DNA of 64,000 nucleotides, from positions 1,624,540-1,688,539 of the forward strand of contig NW_019091359.1 of assembly GCF_001949145.1 (NCBI RefSeq), given 5' to 3'. Positions within the stretch are counted from its first letter, which is position 1. Every line of letters begins with the position of its first letter. The stretch is from Acanthaster planci (Eukaryota). The notes under the pieces are model-generated. The model was not told the origin of the DNA. It searched no databases and worked only from the letters and a program-made list of their open reading frames with translations. Below are positions 12,101-25,810 of this stretch, one piece after another. The translations under genes were made by a program, and so were the position numbers.

Positions 12101-15100
12101 TCATGTCCGGCTGGAGCTCAGACAGCGCGAATAGACACAACATTGTGTCTACCGTGTAATTTGGCGTGTGTTTTCCGGTGTTGTTTGTGGAAAACTAAAA
12201 TTACAGCCGAATGTCAAGTATAGATTAATGTATATTTCGGGAAAATTGAACAAGAAAAGGCAAGATAGCTATATACCCATTTTGTATTGTGCGTGTACAG
12301 TTCTAATGGTAACTAAGCAAAATTGACCTTTTGTCCAGGATTGTAGCTGGCTTCTCTGGTCCGTGGTTGATTTACCTCTGCGCATGCACAACTGCTTTTT
12401 CTCTTTATGGAGATGATGTTTACATCTAACCTTTCATGCTCACGGCCAAACACAGTATCGCCTCTGAGATTATTCTCAAGACACAATGCCTCCTTTAATT
12501 TCAAATAACAACACTCATTGTTCTACCTGGCATTGACTTTTTGCTGTGGACAGCTTCGAAAAGCTCCATTTCCAGATAAATATCCATCATGCGTCCATGC
12601 ATTTTGTCCCGTGAAAGTGTTTAACTGTGGGAATTATTACATGCTATTTTTCTTATTAACATAAACCCGGCAGGATTCCTCCGGAATCATTACCTCCTAA
12701 CGCGTTCGGAGGACGTCAGTAAGACGTCTGGAGACTACGCATGGGAGGGAACCAGTCTAGGTTTGCCTGGTAACCAGTGCACGATGACATTCCAGGTACC
12801 AGGCAGAATCAGCGATGACCGATGAATGACCGCTGGTCTAGCTAGGCGGACTGCAAAGTGACAACCCATTGCAGTAGGAGCATTTTTGCACGATTTGATG
12901 ACGATTCTATTTGACTGACAAAACAACGAAGGCCACGTTACCTCGACAACCAAGGATTTCAAACTTGAGTCGGTACGACGTAGTACTCCATGCAGTCGGC
13001 AAAATCCGAATGTATCTGGTCATCGGTACCACAGGAAACGTGACCGTCACTTGATAAGAGGAATCTCCATGGAACTGAATGAAGTCAGAAAATTGTTTAA
13101 TTGAATAGGCCTTCCTTGTATCTACCTTTGCCGCAACAAGGTAATAATGGTAACGCCAATATAAACATCATCAAAAAGGAAAAGTATCTAAAGAAGGATT
13201 GAAAATTCATTGAAAACATTTGCTTTGCCGCAAGATCAAATATCCAAGCATTTGGGACATGCTCTCCTTTTAAGTTATCTGCTTATAACTTGAAAAGACT
13301 AAACATATGTCTCTTTTCTCTTCATAAATAACAGACAAATCCACCGAATGCAAATCATGCAAACTTCCCAATTACCTTAATACGCTGACCCAGTGCTCCT
13401 TCGAACTTCAAACATTTATTTAAATCGATATTAAAACTGATAGATACAAATGTAATAACGGAGTTTTAAAAAACAGTGCTATTTGTGGATTTCAATTGCC
13501 AATCTCGCCAAATACCTCCAGAATGTTCCCCTCCGCGTCAGTCAACGCAAGCCAGTCTTCTGATTCGGCAGTGTTGCTGAACTGCACGGTGAAGGCGGAC
13601 ACATGGTGGTAGTGCAGTCCCTGGACTATCAGTCCAGTGACGGCTGTGTGGTCGCCAAGGTCCACCTGGAACCATTGGTCCTGGTGGTAGCGTGGCCTCC
13701 ACCAATCGGAACCTAGCAGGAGACATTTGTTTCTGCAGTAGCATTTCGGGAAGGCATGGTCTTAGGGCCTGTTTGTTAACACGGATTTCGATCTCGATCG
13801 GATCAGATCTCGCTCCATCCATCAAGTGGATTCTGGTGTCAATGAAACTAACAGCGGATTCGGATCGGTGTGAAACAAACAGAGTCTTAGTATTAGAGTG
13901 CGAAACTGTCACTGTAACCTCAAACATTATTGGGTAGCCTGAACGGCATTGCTCCCCTAAAACTGAGTGATCTCGCCAAAGATAAAGAGCACATCGTTAT
14001 CAGTCTCGAATAATACCCTATTTGGACAGGCTATACGTCACAAACCTCGTGCAATCTGACCAATCGCATAAGGCCTGTTCTGGCAGCCAGCAAAGGATTG
14101 TTGGTGTTTCCATGACACGAAGTGCTTTTCTTACACGACGGAAGAATGTTGAATGAAAAACATCGACCAAAAAGTTATGTTTGCTAACATTTGATTGGCT
14201 GCGAGAAAAGAGACTATTGCAGACATAATTATATACGTCTCCCTAAGACAATAGCACATTTGTACCGATTCGATAAGAATTTCATCGTTCTCAGCTTTAG
14301 ATATATAACGTTGAACTTGGACAACAATTACTGTATTTTGGCGATGACCACCGAAACATAGTCAGTAGGGGCAAGGGGAAAGGTCACTATGTCTTTAATA
14401 CTCTAAACTAATTATGCTCCCCGTCGTTCGAGCTGTCGGTGAAGAATTACCTCTTATTATTAAGCACTTTGTTTTGTTTAGTAGAAGGTGATCCTTTTCA
14501 TGCATCATTAGAAGCAGAATTATCCAACTGGCCCCATGTCCAATTGCCCCGCCCCGGAATAAAATTTGACCAAAAATACATTTTTTTTAAAGTGAGACAA
14601 AAATATCTTAGGATTGGCCTCTCTCAAACGTTGATGGTTTGTCAGTTTGTCATGAATGCTTTGACCCCAACTCAAAAACAAACAAACAAACTTTTCCCTT
14701 TTCTGGTGACAACTAGGCCCCGTGCCAGATAGTGACGTATTACAAATATCGCTCAAGTCTTTCATTCAAATAAGGTCACTGAAAGAAGCTACTAACGGCG
14801 CGTCTAAACGACCTGACTTACCGACGTTCAGCCTAGCATTGGACGGTCGATAATTGGAGTTGTAACTGGAAGAAGCCGATAAGCTGCTATCGGGGATAGC
14901 TCCACTTTGCATTCCTAGCGGCCCACTGGTACACGGTGCTTCTACAAAGGAATCATCAGCAGAGAGAGCTTTGTCATGCTAAGATGCCCATCTTTCCGCT
15001 ATAATGAGCTATTATTGACAACCCTGGGGCATTACGTTGGCAAGTAGACTTGACAATCCAATAAGTAAAGTGAATAGATATTGTTCCTTGGGCCGACGAA

Positions 15101-16006
15101 AAATGTATACTTCTCAAGCATTAGTAACATGCAGACGTTTACACAGCAAGGACCATCGTTCGTCTCATAGCTCTCTAATAGCTTGCTTTGATAGCACTTT
15201 CTGATTACCCATTTTCTTCGATGAATCTATAGTTTTTCATCCGGTGCAGGTTGCCAACCGAGGACCTGTTGTCACTGCAATTCATTTCCGCCGTGTCTTT
15301 GATGTACAAGCGTAAAGACGCCCCCAAAAATGAGGCCACAGAGCAAATCAAACAATGCAGTGATAATTAAGCTAAAATAATTACTGAGTTTATTACTTTT
15401 CGGCATGTGCGTGTAAGTTTCAGCACTTTCTCTCTCTGCTGTCCGCCGTCCACAGTCAACTAGACATTTACTTAGTTTAGGCTTCTCTTAAGTTACCTGT
15501 CAGAAGCGGAGTCCTGTAACCTCCAGCTGCTTCATCACCGATGGAATTACTCGATGACAACTCTATGGGTAGATCATGAGAAATGACACACAGAAAGGTC
15601 ATTACCTTCACATTAGCCAGATTAATATGAGATTTGCTCTTGTCTCCTAAGTTTACCGACACTGATTTACAGTCAGTCCTTACATGTCCTCCATGCATGG
15701 ACCAAATATGAACTGTGACACGGCACAGAGTGTAAAGGGTGTTAATCAAATCGTTTTATTAACTTACTTTATTAGCTTGAATCGTGGAGCACAAGGAACG
15801 TTTTCAGATTTCTAACAATTCAAATTCCAAAACTAGCGTCTGATAAACGCCACAATATGTAGCATACAGTACGAGAGTGCAAAGAAACAGTTCAAAAGAG
15901 GGGTGGTGAAACCATTCACCAATGTGTACAACAACAAAAACATCCACCTCATACCAAGTTGACAGGCAATCAATGACGCTACAATCACCACTATATCCCA
16001 TGCCAT
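9160..16006 (-). CDS. Secreted F5/8 type C + 2x SRCR domain protein, paralogue A (1-nt frameshift in SRCR2 as assembled)
   Basis: Exons: 16006-15955 ([17 protein letters not shown]), 15562-15497 (linker), 14941-14822, 13712-13516, 13074-12942 (discoidin), 11911-11597 (SRCR1: VRLVGG...[19 protein letters not shown]...VCRQLG), 9981-9671 (SRCR2, 311 nt, frameshift near 9801). The terminal exon 9203-9160 ([14 protein letters not shown]) is tentative. Confidence 0.8.
10149..10302. mobile_element. MITE family X, copy 1 (about 155 bp, TA-flanked)
   Basis: Inverted termini tatggggccgatgggtacccccc / ggggggttctctccgccccata. Homologous copies at 45119-45279 and 58416-58577. Confidence 0.75.
11037..11441. 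mobile_element. MITE-like element with internal palindromically arranged motifs
   Basis: Termini caacaccaaggagtagttctcaa / ttgaatgctactttgtggtgttg. Four copies of tttcacgaagtagca occur internally, in both orientations. Confidence 0.6.
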
Positions 16007-16037
16007 GTTAGCTGGCTTCCACTGGTAGTCCACTCTG

Positions 16038-16235
16038 TGGTGAAGTGCAGTTGGATGGGCCTCTTATAAACCTTACCACAAGATAACAAAGTTCGCCTAT
16101 CACGGCTATCTCTGATAGTGCAACAGGTAAGATCGGATATTGGAAGTTTATAAAAAGGTGGAAGCAAAACATTGCTTGCTACACAAACATTTCCGGCATT
16201 GTGACTTCAAAAAGGTCCACAGAGGGTCATTCTGT
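16038..16235 (-). promoter_or_regulatory. Putative proximal promoter of paralogue A (TATA-like at about 16063-16070)
   Basis: Aligned with 3690-3925; TATA-like motif about 60 nt upstream of the ATG at 16006. Confidence 0.45.
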
Positions 16236-18504
16236 TCACCGTTCTTCTATTTTGTCCGTCCCAACTTTACTGCAAAGAGCCTGGGCGGAGTCCAGCCCCC
16301 TAACAATGTTTGATGTCGCTGCTGTACATTTATTGCACAAGCTGAGTCCTTAGGAGGTTTTGGTAACTCTATAGTGGTCATTCTGACACCGATCCGGTGC
16401 AGATCCACCAAAAATGTGTATTTTTCCTCTGCCGTGCCCAGTGGAACACGAGCAGGCTAGACGCATGTAGTCTTAGACTTCAAATTACTGTACAAAAAAC
16501 CGTATTCTGGATTCAGTTAAAATCAATGGTTGTACTGATGTGTTTTCTCATGAACACCAAGTTCGAAAACGGCCAAGTTTTGGGAGAAATCCGCCCCCCA
16601 GGTGAGATGGACCAAAATAATTAACCTAGCTCTTTTAGGGTTAACCTAAAATGTTTTTGCAATATCTGCAAACAAACTTAAAGAAATCGCTAGTGCATAT
16701 TCATTGGAATGAACTTAAGAAGTAGGAAATCGGTGACGAAAGGTGCATTTTCCCCCCAAACCAGCTGCTCTTACCCCAGTCCTAAGTTTAGCAAAAATGC
16801 AAAGTACACCTGCCACTGGTATGTTCCTGTTGAAAGAACTTTAGGAAGTGCGATGGGCAACGCGGATATCGAAACATAAATAGTGAAAGCTGAACAATGC
16901 CTTCTTCAGGACACAAACATTTCCCGTATGGTGTTTTTTTAAAAAACAATCTAAGAAAGGTCATCGTGTACACCGCCGCTCCATTTTGTACATACAAGTT
17001 TGAGCCCCCCCCCAAAAAAAACCAAACTTGCACGCAAACTTTACAGAAGACATCGTTACACTCTAGTTTGCTTTTTAAGGAATGAACTCAGAATGTCCAA
17101 AATCGGCTTTGGGTGCATTTTGTTCAAGCAACAGTCGCTGGACAAACATTGTTACTCTCTACGTTATACAATTCAGTTTAGCAATAAATAATTAATATCT
17201 GTTGTACGGTGGACTTAGATGAAACAGAATATGTGTAGTATGCAAAATCATGCAATCACGATTTCATTTGCACAAGTAAACTGAGGTTGATGGACCAAGT
17301 GTAGAATTCTTAATGAGACAAAGATTTGTGAGGAGATTAACCAATCAAAGCAAAATGAATACTTTTAAAAGTGATCAATCAGAGCAAAGTGTACCATTTG
17401 AAATCAACCAGTCATCATAGAGTATATCGTTGAAACGAACCAGTTCGCTTCTTTTTGAGACTAGATCCAAATCTGGACCCAATAGGGCTAGGTCTTGGTA
17501 TTTGCTCCGTTGGATTTATGCGGGAACAAGCTGAAAGTAGACGTAGCCGTAGCTCTGGAAGCACACCAGGGTTGGGAGTGGTTTATAGCCAAAGAGGTTC
17601 ACTCCACGTCACATTGGGAACGAGGTTCAAACCCACTGCTTTTTCACGCTCGCTGCAACCATTTTGAAACTTAAGAAACAGCCTATTTCTTGTCCTTCAA
17701 ACATCAGTCTGGTGAGCATCAGTGAGTTTCATTCGGAGCTCAGAAGGATGAGTAGAGTGATAGATGCAGGAGGCAGCTAATGCCATGGGGAAATGGTACT
17801 GAGCATGCACCCTTTCTGTGTCCGTACTGACTTAATGACAGTCAAGCAGTCAGAGGTCTGAGCTAAGAATTACTTGACTTTATTCCAACCGATTCTCCAC
17901 ATGCAAATGCATACATGGCATTAGAGATCCATTGTGACCCTCCAGATTCCAGATTATAATTCCATTTATTCAAACTACTAATTTCCTCTCAGTGTTAGTA
18001 GGCTATAATCATTACTCGATAAGATGTCTCTTGACTCGACAACGGTACCATACTCAATGCAGAATGATGCTTATGGCGAGTATTACTGCATGTAGAAAAA
18101 ATTGCTGGTGGTGGTTGCATTGCAACTAAACTCCAAACTGAACAAATTCGAAATATCAGAGTGGCACAAATTTCAAAACATTCTTTACAAACAAATTGCG
18201 AGTTAAAAAAATCCTCAATCACCATTGCATTCAATTTCCTTATCCATGAATCAAATCAAATTTCAAGTGCATATTAATTAAACTGGAATATTGATTTCCA
18301 TTCACACTCTTTAGAAGCAACTGTCAAAACGTTCCACCACACAAAAGAAATTAATTGATTTATATGTCTCAATATTATTAATAATAAATATCAAAGAAAG
18401 TCCGATATGGAATAGGGTCCCAGTCTACTGAAATTGTTCCGCATTGTACCGTAGCAGGCGTAGGATTTGTGCGGAAGCGGACAGTGCCTCGACTGACGGA
18501 ATGA

Positions 18505-21500
18505 TCAACGCAGTGTCGAAACACAGCGGTAGTCGATCTGGAATCCAGCAAAATTAAACAGGTCATCGCTCTCGAAGTCCATAATGGCCACGTTACTGGA
18601 TGTTACTATCTGCTGCCCCTGCAGGTCGTCATCACAGTACCTGCGAGGGAAATGCATAGAGTGTAAAGGTATTTTTGACATATCAGCATGCTGAATAAAA
18701 AGACAAAATTGGAAGCATTATCGACAATCCATATTGCAAAAAAGAATTTGGACACTGACACTTTAGCCATTGACTGGATATTTCAATGCTGTTTCCATCA
18801 TAATGCACGGAGTTATAATATGTGCTGATACTCGAAAAAAAATCAGGCCGTGATAGAAAATACAGTGTATAATCCGTCGACGGTGAGAGGAGGTTTGTTT
18901 AGTAACTACTCTCAACTGCAAATGATGAGCCGTTGAACTTACTCGTCGGCGTAGATTTCTGATATCAGATCTCCTGTCATCATGGACATCTTGTCGAACC
19001 AACATCCCCAGCCCTCCAGTTGGAACGTCGTAAAATTCAGCTCAATGACTTCGTTGTCTGCACACTGAACAAAATTGCGTTTAAACAAAACATTTCACAG
19101 AAACTATCGTGCTGTTTTCTGGATGTCACAAAATGTATCACTAACAGATATCCAAGGAAATTCTAGACGTAACAGTGTCAGAGTTTGTGTAGTGAACCAG
19201 TTGACGACAGATAAGAAAATCCGACGTTCACCAGCTGTTTAGCTGGAATAGGAGTAAATTTTTCGTTAATCTGTTGTAATTTCACTTCTGCTTGATAGTC
19301 CAATCAATACACCGTCAAGTGAAATGAAAACGCAAAATATAATACCCATAAAGGAACATGTCTCTGTACATGGTTTTAAGCAGCTTTTAAGATGCTACAG
19401 GGGTGCACTCCCTAATTGGTTAGCCATGTTCAGAGGTATGACATGATGGAACCCGATATAAGACCAGATCTACCTTTTCGGTTCACTCTCCAACTCACAT
19501 GCGTATGTTTTCGACAAATGACGACCGCAAAATACGCATATCAACAAGACGCGTGAAGCTATTATACTCATTTGCGTAGGGCATATCAACAGTGCTTAAT
19601 TATTAATACCCTACCTCAACAACATAAGTGCACTTGCTACCGCTTGGGTACGAGCTAGGGAACCCTGGAGAGTAGATGGTACCCGATGGACTCGTGTAAA
19701 TCTCGCTACAGTCTGAGAAAAAATATTTAAATATATTTAGTCTTCAGCAGGTTTTCAAAGTGGCAAAACTGCTAGAGGCCATATTCACTTAGCAGTATGT
19801 CAAATTTCCTAGGAATCACGATTCGACTGCTCATCGCCGTTAATAAACGAGGCTCTAACAAAATGCCACAGTACCAAGCATGTAGGTTATACATTATAAT
19901 GAGCACCAGCAAAGAGTAAAGAAAGAGCACGGTTCGAAGTCCGGTCGAATACTTTTTTCTTTCTTTGTCTCTTTTTTCTTCTTTCTCACTTTGGTTTTCC
20001 TCAGTTTCCTTCATGTTTGAAAATATCAATTTTGAAAAATAAATTGCTATTCTTCCCTACCATCCTCACTTCAATATATTACATAATACTCACATGTATT
20101 ACACAATAAGCTAATAATTATGTTACTGCCACTTTTCGAATACAGCATAGCCATTTTGCTTTAAAACCTCGCTAATATGAGCGGTTGTGGGCAGTGGACT
20201 CGGATGCGGGAATCAACTTAAGGATTTCTAAGTAGTGAACGAATTCATACTGAGGTCTTATGGATAGGAAAGAGACCTTTCAATTGCTTAAAAGAATCGA
20301 TACTTGATAGTGTATTGCTTGAGCGACATCGTACCGGTTGGTTGCGTGAAGATCTCGCAGTAAGGACCCGCAAAAGCAGGCAGGCAGTCACAGGTACATG
20401 CTTGTTAGGTACGCCACCTCGACGACATTGGTTCCACAGGTCAGACGGGCATATATCTGTCAAACAGAAGCACCAGCACAATAGTTGGGCTAACATGTAG
20501 AGATCTGTCCAACGCAGCAGCTGTAGTCTATTTAATGCAATTTTGATTTTTTTTCTGCAGTGAAATTTTCCAAACAAGAGAGCGTGCAAAGTCAGCCTGA
20601 GAGTGCTCAGTGGCTCTAACACAAAACAAATAATGCATGACATCTGCAAAAACTCTTCACAAAGAAAATCAATGGTATCAAATATTAAAACTGAAAAACC
20701 TGTTCAAGATTCGTTGTGACTGTGTTGAAGCTATTTCAAAATTTATTAGCAGTTTATAACTTTCGTAGGTAGGCCCTAAGGGGAAAAGGCTCAGCTTCTG
20801 AAAGATTCGGAAGCTATCGCTAATTTAACCAATTCGTAACAGGTTTAATGAGCTCCGGTGTTGTTACAATGTCTCTTGGCAACAATAATAAGACAATGTG
20901 TAAAATTGCATTCACAGGCAAACGGAAACGATCCAACATACCATACGCATTGTAGGCAACGTTGATGACGTACATATCAAGGCGGGACAACATCCATTGC
21001 CTACCCATCTTCAGTTCGTCTTTGGGGTTGTGGGGGAGGATAGTCGCCGAGATACCATCACGAGAGAAGGCCTGAGTAAACGTAAAATAGAGGTCCATTT
21101 GGAAAATTTGTGAAGTACATAATGGACAGGAACATCGAAAAGAACTTTCCTTACACTAATTATTTTCTCGGAGCATTTTTTTTTAATCTTGGCTACTCAA
21201 ATCACACAGTGTCCATTGGAAACCCTCCGCAAAATAAATTGCTATGATTATAATAGAATGGAATAGAAATTTGTGAATGTCGATATTCAGGACTTACAAA
21301 CATAGAATAATGCATAATAGACTGAAGGTCGTAAGGTGCCATTAGGGGCTGGTTATTCACGTTAAAATTGTGAATATAGCCAGGCAGAACGTTGGCCTGT
21401 ATCACTTCGATGAAGTCACCCCGGTCGTTTCTGGTGTGCTCGTGTAATCGGCCGAGGGCGTGTCCAATTTCGTGAAGAACGACCTCGAGCTGCATCAATT

Positions 21501-23521
21501 ATACAATGTAAAAGTGTCAAAGTGTCCTTTTAATCTAATTTGACCTTCCCACGTATTGCTGTTCCTAATTCTCTTTGGGAAAAACTTGTACTTGAATCAA
21601 AACATTAAGCTCTGTAAAGGTCAGTCAAATCGATAAGCAGTTTGCATTTGGCCATTTTAGACAAATCAGGATTGATGTTACGGCAGTAAAGAAATCAGCG
21701 AAAAATGTCAATGATGCTTCCTTACCGAGGTGCAAAGGTTTTCTTGAAGGTTAATACGACCACCACAGTTTTTACCCAGGCATCCAACAGTTGAGAAGCA
21801 TCTGCAAAAAGATGCACCCAAAAGATCTTACTCAAAACACTTTTCTCGGGAGAAACCTGGCTCATTCTCTTTGCGAAGTTTTTGTTCTGAAAATGATTCG
21901 TCAATATGAAGACACCTTGACACAACACAAAATTATTTTCATCTACTTAAAGTCATTATAAAAATAAAAATTTAAAAAGAAATTATAAGCAGTCTTACAA
22001 TCTGGGGCTATTTGTATTAATGTTCTGGATATCGTACATTAAAATAACATGATCAGTGCCATACAACATAAAATTTATCACTTGTTTTTACCCTCTGCCA
22101 CTTTGTTGGACTATTAGTGGCTGGACTGTTCCTGTGTACGACCCATCAACTGCCTTTACAAACTGGACGTTGGTTTTCTCCGTGTACACTTGGATAGCTT
22201 CCTCAAACAAAATCCTTGTAGATGAACCTGTTGGAAGTTTAATACGAATAGACAAAGCGCAACGGCTATGGAAAATAATTCTGATATCATGTAGCTACCA
22301 GCGCGCTGACTGCACTGCGTATGCTGTAGTTGTGCCCAGCTCCCGGGGAAGGACCTTGAATAGCCATGCCTGAACCAGCAAGATACAGAGCATGCGAAAC
22401 GTAGCTAGGCTGAGCATGAAAAATTGAGGGAGATTTTGTCTTGCTCACGTAGTCCGTCTTCAAACTGGTAAACCAGGGTTTTGTTTGGCCAAGTTTTGAA
22501 GACGTTAGCCGCTTGGCGTCGCACACGCTCCCTGTTCTCGTCCGTGGCCTCCTGCATAGCCAAGTACATCTCCTCTTGCTCTTGGGTCATCAGCATGTCG
22601 CCCTCCAGGCAACCGGGAGAGGGCGTGGCTTCCATCCGAGATGCCCGCATGTTTTCCCCGCTTAGGAATGCCACCACCTTGTCGTTGTAATCATCCCGTA
22701 CCTACACTCAAAAATAAAGTCTTTCTCAAGTAAAACGAGACCAACCCAACAGTCGAATGATACTAAAACGTAGGTTCAGTTACATTTAAAGAGATACTCG
22801 AGTTTAAAAATGGTTGAAAAGGCTAAAGACTACATGTATACGGAAATGGGTTTTAACATTTTACTGTTCAAACGCTTGTATTAGTTTTGCAGGCAGGTCA
22901 AGTGACAAGTGATGACGTCAACATGACATATCTTCGCAGGCAATCTTTGGGGTTGTGGTCCAGTCATATATCAAGTTTGAAGGTAAGCACCCTTATGAAA
23001 GTTCTGAGGTGCTTGGTTGGAAAGTTAAAGCAGTGAGAACAAGGAAATTGTTTAGGTTCTGTCTGAATTGTGGCGTGATTATGTCGTGGTCTAGAGGGCT
23101 GTTTTATTTTTCCAAAAGGGATTGGTAACTTCAAAAATCTCTCTCTAAATCCAACTATGAGACATTTGTGTACTTTGGAAAAGTTCTTAATGCTAGAAAA
23201 TGCTGCGCTATGAAGCAGGTCATGTCTCGACCTTGTTAAGATGACGCTAACCCCCATTCAGTCACCAGGGGTTCATTAGACAGACACGGCTTTTAAAAAC
23301 CGGATATAATTTGTAAGCCAGGCCTTCAGTCAACCCAAAGTTAAAGGACAAGGGAGTGGGCAAGTATAACGAAGTAGCTTCCTAGTTGCTATTGGTGCGA
23401 CTTTGTTGATTCTTGCACTTACCTTCTGAATTTCTGCTGTTCCGGATTCGGCTCGTCTCAGCTCTCCATTTGCCACCGCAGTGACAAGGCCCACAAGCAT
23501 CGGCAAAAGAGCAGAACGCAT
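18505..23521 (-). CDS. Astacin-family (M12A) zinc metalloprotease with EGF-like and CUB domains (SpAN/BP10-like architecture; 1-nt frameshift in the EGF exon as assembled)
   Basis: Exons 23521-23423 (signal peptide), 22701-22449 (prodomain EGDM motif, RVRR furin-type site), 22227-22092, 21801-21726, 21489-21298 (HEIGHALGRLHEH zinc motif, SIMHY Met-turn), 21071-20942, 20456-20335 (EGF-like), 19712-19615, 19064-18943, 18640-18505 (CUB: SGTIYSPGFPSSYP..C...FAGFQIDY, TGA stop). About 454 aa if one base is restored. Confidence 0.88.
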
Positions 23522-25149
23522 GGCTTACGGGAAAAGATATGATACTTCGAGTGTATGTGAGCTACCTTCGCTATGCTTGCAACTGCCTTTTCGACCAACG
23601 GAGAGCTTCTATTAATTCAGGGTACATAGAAGCCACGCCCACGTTTATAGTGGAGAGGTATACGCCAATTTTACTAGAAACCTAAAGTCAATGAGCACTG
23701 GCGCGAGGAAGCAAGCAACACGCTACTGACCATGCAGTAATTTCTATATTTGGATTGGCCTCTCCTTGTAAAACAAAAAAATGTTGATTTACCAGAGACA
23801 GTTGGTTGAATATAAACCACGGTATTAATTAAGCTACCAACCCCATGGCGTCTACACTCTCTGAAGAGCTCAAGCCAACTCCAATAACGGTTGTTACGTA
23901 ACATGTCGACTGTTTATGCGATTGATCCTTAATAACTTTGGTGAATCACATAGTGGTGTATAGGGTTTCCCAAGTAGGCCTATATGGAGAGTCATGATGT
24001 GTGCAAACCTTTTTCGTATACTGCCTTCCAATTCGGTAATCTCTTTACATGTCGAATACTGCACAACACTGTAACTTAACGTACTGGTTTGAGGGAGGGG
24101 TTTTCCTTGGGTATTTCGAAGTTAGTAAGGTTTGAATCAAAGAAAGTATCAACATTAGGGCAAAGACACAGAAAGGAAGTTGACATTTTTCCATTTTTCA
24201 AATGTTTAAAACCAAAACACTGAGCAGGGTCGACAAAGAATCATTTTAGTACCGGATTGCAGCTGATTCGGTGTGCGCGTCAATTTGCCTTTCCATCATT
24301 AGCACTGTTGGCATACGAAAATATTCCCCTTGTTTTGGTACATGCAGTCTTGAAAGAAAACCTTTTGAGGCGAGTCTTCAGTTTGCCTTTAAAAGACAGT
24401 TATGAATAGGGGCATTATCAGATATCACGATCAGACATTTACGTTGAGAATAGCAAATATTTTCATTGAGAGAGGGAACAATTTTTAAGTTATATCCTAC
24501 ATCATTTCCTTCTTTTCTATCCACCAGGGAAACTTTAATTCAGTATCAGATCCGGTATCTAGCGTTTTTTTTAATAAAAATAATGGTAGTATGTAACATC
24601 CGGTCGAGTTTCCCTTTATAAAAGTTGACCCCACGCAAGACAGTTAAATGAGCCATAAAAAGCGTATTTTTAAATACATCATAAGCCAAATTTCAGTGCA
24701 AGGACAGGGTCGATGATTTAAGAGTATTAGGGGTCAACATGCTGAGAGTTAATAGACCAAGGCAAGGCCAGGGCGGTTGTAAAGCCATCCCATCAGAAAT
24801 TTATAATCGTCAAATACCCCCTTTAAAAAGTAAGCATCGCAGGAATTAAAATCCGTCCGGCAATATTGTTTGACTATTTTGCATTTAACAAGGCCTCGGG
24901 CCTCTTCTGTATAGGCGCTAATGATTTTTTCCTTCTTGTTTATCGCACGCTTTGTGGTGACAAACCCAGACCCAATTTGGCCATGAAAATCTAACTTCGT
25001 AGAAGTTTGCACTGTCGTCACCCATGTGTGTTATACACTGTAAACCTAGACGTTTGAACAACGTGGCAAAAGGAACCCGGTGTGTCGATTTGACGGGTCC
25101 CGGCTGTATCACTCTAGTATCACACGAATGTAATAGCTGTTGATTTATT

Positions 25150-25810
25150 TGTTCAGAAAAAGCTAGTCAGAGGATGTTCTTCCTCCGAAAGCTCAAGAAA
25201 TTTCATGTGGATAGGACTCTTTTATCAAGCAAGTTATTCAGAGTGTGGTTACTGTTAATTTCTTTGGCACCTTTGGTAGTTTGACCAAAGAACAAAAGGG
25301 TAGGCTAGATCTCGTACTAGGAAAATGGCACATGTTTAAAAGGCCAAGAAGTTGCCCCTGTCCAAGTTATGTATGACAATATGTCTTCTGGTCAAAGTAC
25401 AAAAGATAATGTCAGACATAACCCATCCATTCAACAAATGTTACAGGTTTAATCGTTCAGGGATTTGTCTATGCCCTCGACTCACACGTCGGCTTCGATA
25501 CAGACAGTCTTTTATTCCAAATTCAACACACTGAAAATGTGAAACGGTAACTTTTTATTTGGATATTCCCCCCACATACTTTCATTGGTAATAAGGGGTA
25601 ATAATTTGCAATATCATTGAGGAAATTATTATCTCTCTAGACAGTGATTGCCACTTATGTTACTTTAAATGGAATCTTGAATTGTAATATTGATGAATGC
25701 AATAACTTACTTTCTCACTTTACTTGGTAACAAGCTAATGGAAAATAAATTTCTATGTAAGGTTTTGCATGGACAATAATGAATTTGAATTTAAATTTGG
25801 ATTTGAATCT
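25150..25810 (+). mobile_element. 5'-truncated, decayed non-LTR retrotransposon (Rex1/Babar-like ORF2 C-terminus)
   Basis: Broken frames give KKASQRMFFLRKLKKFHVDRTLL ... KIMSDITHPFNKCYRFNRSG...RRLRYRQSFIP, matching the post-RT region typical of Rex1/Babar LINEs. A (TTTGAA)-like tail follows at about 25775-25809. Confidence 0.7.

Noticed and set aside
722..23521. One giant astacin-EGF-CUB-FA58C-SRCR-SRCR-FA58C mosaic gene
   Set aside because: The CUB exon ends in an in-frame TGA (18505-18507), and separate signal-peptide exons with TATA-like motifs start at 16006 and 3656.
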